NCBI GenBank assembly: GCA_964370935.1
Contig: CAYJKI010000002.1
Coordinates: 522,545 to 586,544, forward strand
DNA length: 64,000 nucleotides
Origin: an uncultured Ignavibacteria bacterium
GTDB lineage: Bacteria > Zixibacteria > MSB-5A5 > CAIYYT01
Reading direction: 5' to 3'
The position numbers and the translations under genes were made by a program. The notes under the pieces were generated by a model that was given only the letters and a program-made list of their open reading frames with translations, searched no databases and had not been told where the DNA came from. Shown here one piece after another: positions 1 through 10,400 of the stretch (the first letter of the stretch is position 1; every line of letters starts with the position of its first letter).

Positions 1-758
1 CCCAGACCGCCGATGAGAGCTGAACTCAAGTCGCTGATGATATCGCCGTTCATGTTGGTCGTGATGATAACATCGAATTGTTCCGGCTTCTTCACAAGCT
101 GATGAGCGCAGTTATCGATGATGATATGATAGGACTCAATGTCAGGATATTCCGGTGCAATTGCCTCGAAGGCGCGCTTGAGAGTGCCTTCGGTAAATTT
201 CATTATGTTGGCCTTGGTGGCGCAGTGGACAGTTTTGCGTCCTTCGGCACGGGCAACCTCGAATCCAAGGCGGACGATCTTCTCGCATCCTTTGCGGGAG
301 ATCAGCTTTAGGCACTGGGCGACACCCGGTGTCTGCATATGCTCAATTCCGGCATATAGATCTTCGACGTTTTCACGAACGACGATGAGATCGACGCCGC
401 GTCCGGTGTACGGGGTCTTGACGCCGGGAATTTCGCGGGCCGGACGAATGTTGCCGTAAGTTTCAAACAGCTTGCGTAACGTGACATTCGCGCTCTTCTC
501 GCCATAGCCGACCGGGGTCCCGAGGGGACCTTTTAACACGAGACGAGTTTTCTTGATTGATTCGATTGTTTCGGGCGTTACGCCGGAGGGGATTCCCTGC
601 TTGAAAACGCTTTCGCCAGCGGCACGCTCTTCCCATGCGAGTGGCGCGCCCGTGGCTTCGATCATTTTCTTTGCCGAGTTGACACACTCGGGGCCGATAC
701 CGTCGCCGGGTATTAGAGTAACGAGAACTTTACCATCAGGTGTTTTGAACGGTGACAT
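1..758 (-). CDS. Isocitrate/isopropylmalate dehydrogenase family enzyme, partial (likely NAD(P)-isocitrate dehydrogenase). Only the N-terminal ~252 aa are in the window; the 3' end lies beyond position 1.
   Basis: Own minus-strand translation starts MSPFKTPDGKVLVTLIPGDGIGPE. It contains VRENVEDLYAGIEH and NMNGDIISDLSSALIGGLG, which are IDH/IMDH-family signatures. The ORF is absent from the track because no stop lies within the window. Confidence 0.7.
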   Translation of the reverse strand, partial: MSPFKTPDGKVLVTLIPGDGIGPECVNSAKKMIEATGAPLAWEERAAGESVFKQGIPSGVTPETIESIKKTRLVLKGPLGTPVGYGEKSANVTLRKLFETYGNIRPAREIPGVKTPYTGRGVDLIVVRENVEDLYAGIEHMQTPGVAQCLKLISRKGCEKIVRLGFEVARAEGRKTVHCATKANIMKFTEGTLKRAFEAIAPEYPDIESYHIIIDNCAHQLVKKPEQFDVIITTNMNGDIISDLSSALIGGL

Positions 759-893
759 TTTAAACCAACCTTATCATTAGTGTCGAAGTCTCTGACTTCA
801 ATTGTTTCAGACGGTCGCTTATTTCTGCGCCGCAGGAACGAAGCAATTTACACGAAAGTTGCCTCCGCCAAAAGGAAATCTTGTCGGTCGGGA

Positions 894-2072
894 TTAAAAT
901 AATTGAGGATTTGTTCGATGATTGGGACGCTGCAAAGCAAGCATTTCATCGATGATTTTTCTGTCAATTGCCGGAAGGGGGTAGCCGTCGAGCTTGGAAC
1001 AGGCTACCCAATTGATGTTTGCGGACTTAGGGAACTCGGTGCTTTCGAGCCTGACCACAATTGGTGAAACTTTGTCGATATTCTTGGTGTAGGTATGTGT
1101 CCTCGGGTGGAGTCGCGCTGTTATTTCAAATCCTTGTGTGTCCTCTTTATGCAAGAAGCGAGAGATCATTCGTTCTGCAGAAAGTTTTGATCTGGGCGCC
1201 CGCGGCAGAGACCACATTCCGGCAAACAGACCGGCATTGTTCTTCCGAAGCAGTAATTTATCGCGACAAAGAATCAGTAAGACAAAGGATGCCTTGACAA
1301 CGGAGACCCTCGTCTTCGGTATCGGGATATCCGATTGGATACCGAGAGCACGCGCGCAGCACTTGCTCTTAACTGGGCATACATCACACAATGGGTTCCG
1401 GACGCGGCAAATCGTTTGACCCAACTCCATCATCGCTTCATTGAAATCACCCGGATGCTTAGGCGAGATTGCACTGTGAAGGAATTCGCGGATCTGCTGT
1501 GTGGATTTCGAGCCTTCGATTTCTATGGCAAGAAGCCTTCGCACAACCCGGCGAACATTCGCGTCGAGGACCGGGTACGGCTTTTGAAAGGCAATGCTTA
1601 GAATTGCCGACGCTGTATAGTCTCCAATTCCGGGAAGGTGAACTAATCTCTCATATTGGTCGGGGAGATTCCCACCATCTTGATCAACCAACAGTCGCGC
1701 TGTTTTATGGAGATTCCTTGCGCGAGAGTAGTAGCCGAGTCCTTCCCATTGGCGAAGAACTTCCTTCTCCGATGATGATGCGAGGGACTGGATATCAGGG
1801 AAGCGTTTCATCCAGGCATTGTAGTAGGGAATTACAGCCTGAACGACAGTCTGCTGAAGCATTACCTCTGCGATCCAAATGGAATACGGTGTGGGTTTGA
1901 TTCTCCATGGGTCGGGGCGTTTGTTGCGGGCAAACCATCGGAGCAGTGCAGTGCGTGTATACTTGTCAAGTCCGGTTTGGAAATTCGTCTGCAACATTAC
2001 GGAGATTCTACTCGCGGACAGTTCGATATGTTTGTGCTTGACGCTTGGCGATAACTGCCGTACACTTGCCAT
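894..2072 (-). CDS. mutY: A/G-specific adenine DNA glycosylase MutY
   Basis: 392 aa. Contains the WEGLGYYSRARNLHK motif, the HhH-GPD region (LPGIGDYTA) and a Cys cluster (CxxxxxxCxxCxxxxxC) for the 4Fe-4S site. A C-terminal NUDIX-like domain is present. Confidence 0.85.
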   Translation of the reverse strand: MASVRQLSPSVKHKHIELSASRISVMLQTNFQTGLDKYTRTALLRWFARNKRPDPWRIKPTPYSIWIAEVMLQQTVVQAVIPYYNAWMKRFPDIQSLASSSEKEVLRQWEGLGYYSRARNLHKTARLLVDQDGGNLPDQYERLVHLPGIGDYTASAILSIAFQKPYPVLDANVRRVVRRLLAIEIEGSKSTQQIREFLHSAISPKHPGDFNEAMMELGQTICRVRNPLCDVCPVKSKCCARALGIQSDIPIPKTRVSVVKASFVLLILCRDKLLLRKNNAGLFAGMWSLPRAPRSKLSAERMISRFLHKEDTQGFEITARLHPRTHTYTKNIDKVSPIVVRLESTEFPKSANINWVACSKLDGYPLPAIDRKIIDEMLALQRPNHRTNPQLF

Positions 2073-2137
2073 GCCTCCGACAGACTACAAGAGAATAATC
2101 ATTCACGTTTGCCGGTCGTATCGAATTGGGAGAGTAA

Positions 2138-2893
2138 TTGGAAGTCTGGACATATACTTTAGTAAGTGTCGCGGTGGTGAGTCTGATCTCGCTGGTCGGC
2201 GTATTCACGATGTCGCTCTCGCGCGACCGACTCCAGCGGATAACTCTCTATCTGGTGGCATTTGCAGTCGGCGGACTATTTGGCAACGCGTTTATTCATT
2301 TGCTGCCCGAAGCGTTTCATCATAGCGAGTCCTCGATAATGACGTCGCTTCTGATTGTCGTAGGCATCATGATCTTCTTTGTTCTGGAGAAGTTCCTGCG
2401 CTGGCGGCATTGCCACGTGACTTCGCATCAACACACGCATCCGATGGCGACGCTGAACATCGTGAGCGACGCATTGCACAATCTTATTGACGGCGTCCTG
2501 ATTGGTTCGACCTTTCTGGTCAGTATTCCGCTGGGATTGACAACTTCTGTGGCGATTGTCTTGCATGAAATACCGCAGGAAATCGGTGATTTCGGTATTC
2601 TCATACATAGTGGAATGACCGTTAAGCGGGCACTGATATTTAACTTCTTGTCGGCTTCGGTCGCCATGATCGGAGCAATAGTGGTTTTGACTTTTGGACC
2701 GAGCATTGGACACCTAACCGAGGCGATGATTCCGGTGACTGCCGGAGGATTTCTCTACATTGCCGGTTCTGATCTGATTCCGGAATTGCAACACGATGTC
2801 AAGTTGTCGAACTCGGTGGGTCAATTCATCTGCATCATTCTCGGTGTCGCCACAATGGCGCTTTTGGTAAGCATCAGCTCCCACGCACATTGA
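2138..2893 (+). CDS. zupT: ZIP-family divalent metal (zinc) transporter, ZupT-like
   Basis: 251 aa polytopic membrane protein. Carries the HEIPQEIGDFGIL signature of ZIP transporters and a His-rich loop (HCHVTSHQHTH). Confidence 0.8.
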   Translation: MEVWTYTLVSVAVVSLISLVGVFTMSLSRDRLQRITLYLVAFAVGGLFGNAFIHLLPEAFHHSESSIMTSLLIVVGIMIFFVLEKFLRWRHCHVTSHQHTHPMATLNIVSDALHNLIDGVLIGSTFLVSIPLGLTTSVAIVLHEIPQEIGDFGILIHSGMTVKRALIFNFLSASVAMIGAIVVLTFGPSIGHLTEAMIPVTAGGFLYIAGSDLIPELQHDVKLSNSVGQFICIILGVATMALLVSISSHAH

Positions 2894-2944
2894 TCGCGAA
2901 CAATTTCCCTTGCCGATGCCTAAGCGACAGTTGTAGAATACCTT

Positions 2945-4300
2945 GTGTGGATTCTAACGCGTTACGTCCTTAGGGAGCATCTCGGTCCCTTTCTCTTTGC
3001 TTTTTTCATTATCACATTTGTCCTGATCATCGACTTTATCCCGCGCATGCTGGAGTTGATCATCGGCAAGGACCTTTCGGCCTGGACGGTGGTCAAGTTT
3101 CTGGTCCTGAACCTTGCTTGGATGTTGGCGCTGGCGGTCCCGATGGCAGTATTAGTCGGGACACTGATGGCGTTTGGCCGAATGACCGGCGACAAGGAAA
3201 TTCTGGCGATAAAATCGCTGGGGATCGATCTCTTTCGTTTGATGATTCCGGTCATCATTGCGGCATCATTGATTGGCGGCGGTCTGATCTGGTTTAACAA
3301 CGACGTTTTGCCGGAAGCAAATCACATGGCGTCAAATCTGCGAAGCGATATTGGCCGGCTGCGCCCGGCTTTGCAGATACAGCCCGGTGTTTTTGTGGAC
3401 GATATCCCCGGCTACATCGTCCTGGTGGATGATATTGACCACAAAACTTCGAAGATTAGGGGTGCTGTGATTTATGACCGCACCAACCAGAACCTTAACC
3501 GGACAATTACAGCCGATTCCGGGACAGTAGAATTTTCACCGCGCGATGAGATGATCACATTTCATCTGATGAGCGGACAGGTGCACGAACAAGACCGCGA
3601 CAACGCACGTGACTACCGGATTTCTGCTTTCCGATCACAAACATTCAAAGTCGGCAACCTGGAAACGCGGCTGAAAGAGACACAACAGGATTATCGAGGC
3701 GACCGGGAAATGTCGGCACCGCAGATGCTGGAAAAGGTCCACGGTTGGGAGAAAGAGATTGACGAATATCGAAATGCAGTGGTTCTGGATACCGACTCTT
3801 CGTTGCTCGACATATTAGCCGCCCCACAGAAAGTCGTGGAAGGCGAAAATCGCGGAGCGCGCGAGTGGCTGGCATACGCGGTCGGACAATCCTACAATAA
3901 GATTGTCCAGATGACGAGACTCTTCAAAACCAGACGAACACAGATTGCGACCAACATCAAGTTGATTTCCAAGTATTCCGTGGAGATCCACAAGAAGTAC
4001 TCGCTGCCGGCGGCGTGTCTGGCGTTCATCCTGATTGGCGCGCCGTTGGGAGTCGTCAGCCGTGGCGGCGGAATGGCGCTATCAGTCGGAATTTCGATTG
4101 GTCTGTTTACGGTCTACTGGGCGTTTCTGATCGGAGGCGAACAATTGGCCGATCGATTGATTATCCCAGCCTGGGTCGCGATGTGGGCGGCGAACATACT
4201 GATGGTAGGTCTCGGATTGATTTTGATTTATTGGGTACGGAGCGAGAAGAGCTTTTTGTCGGCGCTACAAACCATCTTCTGGCGGAGCAACCGGAATTGA
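2945..4300 (+). CDS. LptF/LptG-family LPS export permease (YjgP/YjgQ)
   Basis: 451 aa. N-terminus MWILTRYVLREHLGPFLFAFFI... with six predicted TM segments and a periplasmic beta-jellyroll insert. It is paired with a downstream paralog, as expected for lptF/lptG. Confidence 0.75.
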   Translation: MWILTRYVLREHLGPFLFAFFIITFVLIIDFIPRMLELIIGKDLSAWTVVKFLVLNLAWMLALAVPMAVLVGTLMAFGRMTGDKEILAIKSLGIDLFRLMIPVIIAASLIGGGLIWFNNDVLPEANHMASNLRSDIGRLRPALQIQPGVFVDDIPGYIVLVDDIDHKTSKIRGAVIYDRTNQNLNRTITADSGTVEFSPRDEMITFHLMSGQVHEQDRDNARDYRISAFRSQTFKVGNLETRLKETQQDYRGDREMSAPQMLEKVHGWEKEIDEYRNAVVLDTDSSLLDILAAPQKVVEGENRGAREWLAYAVGQSYNKIVQMTRLFKTRRTQIATNIKLISKYSVEIHKKYSLPAACLAFILIGAPLGVVSRGGGMALSVGISIGLFTVYWAFLIGGEQLADRLIIPAWVAMWAANILMVGLGLILIYWVRSEKSFLSALQTIFWRSNRN

Positions 4301-5394
4301 GTATCCTCGCCCGTTATCTGCTTAGGCGTTTTTTCCTGACGTTTGTCGTTTCGATCGCCTGCTTCATCCTGATATTCGACCTCGTCAATCTTGTCGAGAA
4401 CATCGGCAAGTATGTTGAGTCGGGGGCGAGAGCTTCGGATATCGCGCTCTACTATCTGTACTTCACTCCTTTCATCGTCGTATTGACTTGTCCGATTGCG
4501 ACACTGCTTGCTGCGATATTTTCAATCGGGCTACTCGCAAAGACGAATGAACTGACGGCGATGAAAGCCGCAGGCATATCAATTTACCGAATCGCCGTGG
4601 TGTTGATGACGGGAGGCTTCGTGATTGCCGGCGGCCTGTGGGTCTTCGGTGAATTGGTGCTGCCGGAAGCCAATCATCAGAAGAACATTATCAAGACAGA
4701 ACGAATCGAGCGACGAAAATCGGAGAGTGCCGGAGTCTATCGCAATCAACTGTTTCAGGGGTTAGACGGCCGCATATTCCAGTTCGGTAATTACGTGTCC
4801 AAATCGGCGACCGGAGAGGATGTTTTGATTCAAACTTTCGAGGGGCGGTCATTGAGACAAATCATCACAGCCAAAAAGCTGGAATGGCGTGACTCAATCT
4901 GGGTCGGTACCGGTGTCAGCTTGAAGGAAATCGGCGATCTTGACACAGCGAGCCAGCCAATATTGTCAGTTACTCACGACTCGCTCGTATTCTCGAATTT
5001 TCGCGAGCAACCGGGATTCTTTGAAGATTGGTTTACCCGTCAGGACGCTTACTCCATGGACTATTTCAAATTGAAACGTTTCATCGCCGTGAGCCGCGCT
5101 TTGGGTAAGGATGTGACGCCACAGACGGTGGATTTATACAATAAGACCTCATTCCCACTGATCAATGTCATCATCATTCTCATTGGTGTGGCGTTGGCGT
5201 CGAATCCACGCCGTGCAGGAATAGGAATTAGCTTCGGGCTATCGATGGGTATTTCGTTTGTTTTCTTCACAATGGTCAAAGTGGCAATCGAGATGGGACA
5301 TAATGGAATTATCACGCCGATCGTTGCGGCCTGGGGGACCAATGCCGTTTTCTTCGTTCTCGGGTTGATCCTTCTGCTTCGCGTACCCAAGTAG
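4297..5394 (+). CDS. LptF/LptG-family LPS export permease, second copy of the pair
   Basis: The track ORF 4015-5394 extends upstream into the previous gene. The homologous region begins at ...SILARYLLRRFFLTFVV. A TTG at 4297 overlapping the upstream stop (TTGA) is the proposed start. Confidence 0.7.
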   Translation: MSILARYLLRRFFLTFVVSIACFILIFDLVNLVENIGKYVESGARASDIALYYLYFTPFIVVLTCPIATLLAAIFSIGLLAKTNELTAMKAAGISIYRIAVVLMTGGFVIAGGLWVFGELVLPEANHQKNIIKTERIERRKSESAGVYRNQLFQGLDGRIFQFGNYVSKSATGEDVLIQTFEGRSLRQIITAKKLEWRDSIWVGTGVSLKEIGDLDTASQPILSVTHDSLVFSNFREQPGFFEDWFTRQDAYSMDYFKLKRFIAVSRALGKDVTPQTVDLYNKTSFPLINVIIILIGVALASNPRRAGIGISFGLSMGISFVFFTMVKVAIEMGHNGIITPIVAAWGTNAVFFVLGLILLLRVPK

Positions 5395-5577
5395 GTACTT
5401 TCCAGTATCTTTGTTCACAGCATTGCATAGTCTGCAGGTTAAAGTGCAACGACGCGCATAGTATGCATTTTCGTTTCACAACCACGTTTTTCTGTACCTG
5501 CGCGTAACTCCATAACCAACAAGAGAATCCTCGGCTTCCTGTCGAGCCGTCTTCAGAAGACCCGGTCGGCACAGCTA

Positions 5578-6249
5578 TTGCGTAAGAGTATTTCCGCGAA
5601 CGATAGAGAGGGAAGGAGATACACTACGATGGTTGCAGCAGACATGAAGAGAGGATTCGCCGCAAATCGCTTCGAAAAAAGCGTTGAGCCGCGAGTGAAG
5701 AGAGATGACGGGGGATACTTCATCTATACGCTTAGCGAAAATGTGAAGGTCTACTTCGAGGATTATTATGGATTCCTTGAACAGGTCGAATCACGCGCGC
5801 TGAACGATCTAAAAGATATCAAAATGAAACTGTCCGAGGTTCAGCCTCATCAAAACGAGCTTAACGCCTATCTATATGCCCGTAAGAAGGTGATTGAGGT
5901 ATTACTGCAGACGGTTTACAATTTCTATAGCGAAGGCAACAATTTCGGCGTCGTCATGACTCCGTGGTGCTTCGGAACCGTTGTGCTGGAAAAGGTTGAA
6001 GCCTATCGCGACAAATTAAGCAAGGGCAACGCGAACGACGAGGACCTGCCGGAATACACCTATGACGTCGTACGTTATCTCGACGAGATCTACCGTAAGA
6101 CGCTGTTGGACCTGTTTGATTTCCCGGAAAAGGCGTTCTCGATGCGCTGGCAGTACTCGGAGCTGTTGAAAAGATACTCAAAAGCCCTCACAAATATTAC
6201 TACCTCGCTGCAGTCGGTCATGATGTTAGTCAAGAGCTACGGCAGCTGA
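5578..6249 (+). CDS. Hypothetical cytoplasmic protein (no recognisable domain). The true start may be the downstream M at about 5626-5644.
   Basis: 223-aa ORF with coding-like composition. It is followed by a strong intrinsic terminator. Confidence 0.4.
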   Translation: MRKSISANDREGRRYTTMVAADMKRGFAANRFEKSVEPRVKRDDGGYFIYTLSENVKVYFEDYYGFLEQVESRALNDLKDIKMKLSEVQPHQNELNAYLYARKKVIEVLLQTVYNFYSEGNNFGVVMTPWCFGTVVLEKVEAYRDKLSKGNANDEDLPEYTYDVVRYLDEIYRKTLLDLFDFPEKAFSMRWQYSELLKRYSKALTNITTSLQSVMMLVKSYGS

Positions 6250-6297
6250 CAAATCCTCCTCTTTAGTGTAGCCTGTTGGCCCCTCCCTTTCTGTGGA

Positions 6298-6330
6298 CCG
6301 GTCCTGCATAAAGCAGGGCCGGTTTTTTGA
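6298..6330 (+). terminator. Rho-independent terminator
   Basis: CCGGTCCTGC-ATAAA-GCAGGGCCGG forms a 10-bp stem (one G-U pair) with a 5-nt loop. It is followed immediately by TTTTTTGATTT. Confidence 0.8.
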
Positions 6331-6368
6331 TTTCAAGTAAGCCCAAGTCTTTGTCGATACTACTCTTG

Positions 6369-7373
6369 ATGCTCTCGCAATCGGAACACTTGCTGAAAAA
6401 GCGACAGGAGGCTGGACAGCCGGCGTTTATCCCGATCCATGTCGAGTCGCTGCGAATCGACAAGGTATTGGGATTTGATATCTACATCTATGTCGGGCGG
6501 GAGTTGGTGCTCTATCGCTCACAAACGCTCCCCTTCACCAACGAGAATCTCGAGCGGCTCCGTGAGAACAATGTTCAGCAGATCTTTATCGCCCATGATT
6601 CGAAAGCGGCCTATCAACGATATATCGAAGAGAACTTATCGGATATCCTCACCGATCCGAAAATCGAAGAGGTCAAGAAGGCCGAGATCCTTTACGACAC
6701 TTCGAAAGCACTGATTAAGGACGTACTCGCCAATCCGACTTATTCCGAAAATATCAAACGAAGTCAAAGTTTGGTCGAGAACACGATCGACTACATCTTA
6801 AAAGGGCGCGAAGCATTCTTGAGCTTGATGAAGATCACTTCATTCAACTACTACACCTACACTCATTCGGTGAATGTCGCGACATTCTCTTTGGCGTTGG
6901 CGCGACAGCTTGGTATCGATGACCGTGACCAGCTAATGGTACTCGGAACTGGAGCTTTGTTGCATGATGTCGGCAAGAGCAAGGTGCCGGAGCGGATACT
7001 TACGAAGCGCACTTCTCTGAATCGTTCAGAATTTGAGATCATGAAGAAGCATCCCGGCTGGGGCGGAGACATCCTGCGTGAGACCGACATGATCCATGAG
7101 GAATCGTATTATCCAGTATTGCATCATCACGAACGCATGGATGGTTCGGGATACCCGCACGGTTTGGTGGAAGCGGACATGCATCCCTACAGCCGAATAG
7201 TGGCAATCGCCGATGTATTTGATGCTTTGACAACGGAACGAGTGTACCAATCAGCAATAGAGACATTTTCAGCTCTGAAGTTGATGCACGGTATGAAGAA
7301 TAATTTTGACCCGCAGTTGCTCCGCGAGTTTACGGTCTTGATGGGACCAAACAGTCCCGGTGTGCGCTATTAA
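6369..7373 (+). CDS. HD-GYP domain protein (putative c-di-GMP phosphodiesterase) with an N-terminal uncharacterised domain
   Basis: HDVGK ... HHHERMDGSGYPHGL ... IAIADVFDALTTERVYQ are canonical HD-GYP motifs. The track ORF starts at 6327 inside the terminator T-run. The start was moved to the in-frame M at 6369 (MLSQSEH...). Confidence 0.75.
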   Translation: MLSQSEHLLKKRQEAGQPAFIPIHVESLRIDKVLGFDIYIYVGRELVLYRSQTLPFTNENLERLRENNVQQIFIAHDSKAAYQRYIEENLSDILTDPKIEEVKKAEILYDTSKALIKDVLANPTYSENIKRSQSLVENTIDYILKGREAFLSLMKITSFNYYTYTHSVNVATFSLALARQLGIDDRDQLMVLGTGALLHDVGKSKVPERILTKRTSLNRSEFEIMKKHPGWGGDILRETDMIHEESYYPVLHHHERMDGSGYPHGLVEADMHPYSRIVAIADVFDALTTERVYQSAIETFSALKLMHGMKNNFDPQLLREFTVLMGPNSPGVRY

Positions 7374-7428
7374 TCACGCCCAATATTGAACCCGCAATTC
7401 TCACTCAACTAGGAAATCGAATCAACGG

Positions 7429-10400
7429 CTACAGCTCTCTGCCGCGTTTAAGACGATACTCGGCCACGAGGCTGTGCATGACGGGAACCGTCAGCACGGT
7501 AATGAGCGCGATGGTCATTCCGCCAAATGACGGTATTGCCATCGGAATCATGACATCGGATCCTTTGCCGGATGAAGTGAGAACAGGAATCAAAGCCAAG
7601 AGCGTGGTGGCGACAGTCATCAGCGCCGGACGAATTCGAATGGAACCGGCCTGTATAATCGCTTCACGGATTTCCACGGCGGTTGTCGGTTTCTTTTCGG
7701 TAAAGACTTGCTTGATATAGGTCGAAATCAGGACACCGTCATCGGTAGCGACACCGAATAATGCCAGGAATCCGACCCAGACTGCAACAGAGAGATTGTA
7801 CATCTTGATATTGTAGAGCTCGCGGACATTCTCACCAAAGAGTGAGAAGTTCATGAACCAGTCTTGCCCATAGAACCACATCATCAAGAATCCACCGGAC
7901 CACGCCACAAAGATACCGGTGAAGACCAACATTGTGACCGGCACATCTCGGAACTGGAAGTAGATCAGCATAAAGATGATGAAGAGCGCGAGCGGAATGA
8001 CGATTCGCAGCGTTTTCTCGGAGCGAATCTGATTTTCATAACTGCCGGCAAAGCTGTAACTCACACCGGCGGGTATGATAAGCTCACCGGATGCGATTTT
8101 ATCCTTCAGCAGGTGATCGGCTTCCTCGACTACATCAACCTCGGCACGACCTGGCTTCTTGTCGAAGATGACATAACCGGTAAGAAACGTATCTTCGGAT
8201 CGGATCATCATCGGACCGCGAACGTAGTTGATCTGTGCCAACTCAATCAACGGAATCTGCTTGCCGTCGGAGGTTGGAACCAAGACGCGGGCGATGTCTT
8301 CGATGGAACTGCGCAATTCGCGCTGGTAGCGCACGCGGACCGGATAACGCTCGCGACCTTCTACGGTGGTGGTTATCGGCATACCGCCTAGAGCGACCTC
8401 GATAACATCCTGTACATCGCGGATGGATAAGCCGAAGCGGGCGATGGCTTCGCGATCGATCTCAATCTCGAGATATGGATTGCCGACAATTCGATCAGCA
8501 ACAACTGTTGCGGGCTCGACCGAACCGACTTCCTTAAGCAGTCTTTCAACTTCCAAGCCGACGGCATCGACTGTTTCGAGATTTGGTCCTTTGATCTTCA
8601 CACCCATCGGCGCTCGCATTCCGGATTGCAGCATGACGATTCGCGCCGCAATTGGCTGCAGCTTCGGCGCCGAGGTTACCCCAACCACCTTTCCGGCTTC
8701 AACAATTTCTTTCCAGATATCGTTGGTCGATCGAATCTGGTCCCGCCATTGGCGAAACGGTTTGCCGCCCTCGTCCGGAATCAACTTGCCACTCTCATCG
8801 CGGACGAAAGCATTCGAATCATCATCGAATCGAAACTTCAGACGGTTGCCATCTTCACCGCTGATATATTCGGATTTGTAACTTATTACTGTTTCAATCA
8901 TGGATGTCGGCGCCGGGTCGAGTGATGATTCGACGCGGCCAAGTTTGCCGACTACCGATTCGATCTCGGGAATACTCTCGAAGGCCTTGTCCTGAAGCTG
9001 AAGTATGCTCAACGCCTCATCAATTGAGGCATGCGGCATAGTGGTTGGCATGTAGAGGAATGAACCTTCATCAAGGTCAGGCATGAATTCCTTGCCGGTA
9101 CCGGGGAAGGCATGATTAAGCGCGACATACGGTGACGACGAGCGGATGAAGTTCGGGAGGAAACCAAAGATCGAGTCAAAGCCGAGCCACACAACGAAAC
9201 CGATAGAAACCAATCCAACCGGCATTGAAAGAAACAACAGTCTGTTATTCAGGCACCAGCGCAATACCGGTTGATAGACTCGGATGAACATCTGGAACAG
9301 CGCCAAAATCCCGCCGATGACAATGACGACGAAGATGAAATTCAGTAATTCGCCTCTGCCTACGCCCAGCGGCATCCAGTGTTTGGTGAGGATCGAGGCG
9401 ACGAATAAGGCGAGCGCGTAGTTGATGTAGCGCGGCATGTTCCGTTGGAGTGAATCGGAAAGCATTGGCTTGGCAATCATGTAGGCAGCAATTGCCATGA
9501 GCATTAGACCGGCCAACCACAGCGACCAGACGGCAATGAGAGTGACACCCGCGATGCCGAGTCCGATGGGTATGAGACGCGAGCTGCGTTTTTTCCCATC
9601 TGGGTTGCTGAACATCAAGTGTGCTAAAGCCGGTACGATTGTCAAAGCAACGATTACAGACGCGACCAAGGCAAAAGTTTTGGTGTATGCCAGCGGCTTG
9701 AACATCTTGCCTTCAGCTGCAATCATCGTGAACACCGGCAGGAACGAAACAACAGTAGTCGCAATGGTGGTGAGGACCGCCGAGCCGACTTCAGAGGTGG
9801 CGGTGAAAATAATGTCACGGCGCGAAGTCCCGGGTGGGGCTTTATCGAAGTGCCGCAGGATGTTCTCGCAAATGACAATACCCATATCGACAATATCGCC
9901 GATGGCAATCGCAATTCCGGCAAGGGCCATTACATTGGCGTCGACGCCGAACATTTTCATCCCGATAAATGAGCCAAGGACGGCAACTGGCAATAGCCCC
10001 GAAATTAGCAACGAACTCCGCAAGTGCATCACCATCACAAGGACGACGATGATCGTGACGATGATCTCGTCGACGATGGCGGAGTTAAGTGTTCCGAGCG
10101 TTTCATAGATCAGGCCGGTGCGATCGTAGAAAGGCACGATGGTAACTTTCGAGATGGTGCCATCGTTCAGGGTTTTTTGCGGTAACCCGGCAGAGAGTTC
10201 AGCGATCTTGAGTTTAACATTTTTGATTGTTGCCAGCGGGTTTTGCCCGAATCGCGCGACGACAACACCACCGACGACTTCGGCACCGCCTTTATCAAGC
10301 GCGCCGCGCCGCATTGCCGGACCAAGGGTGACCGTGGCAACGTCCTTTAACCGGACGGGCAGGTTATTAGTCTGCTTGATAACTGAATTCTCGAGATCAG

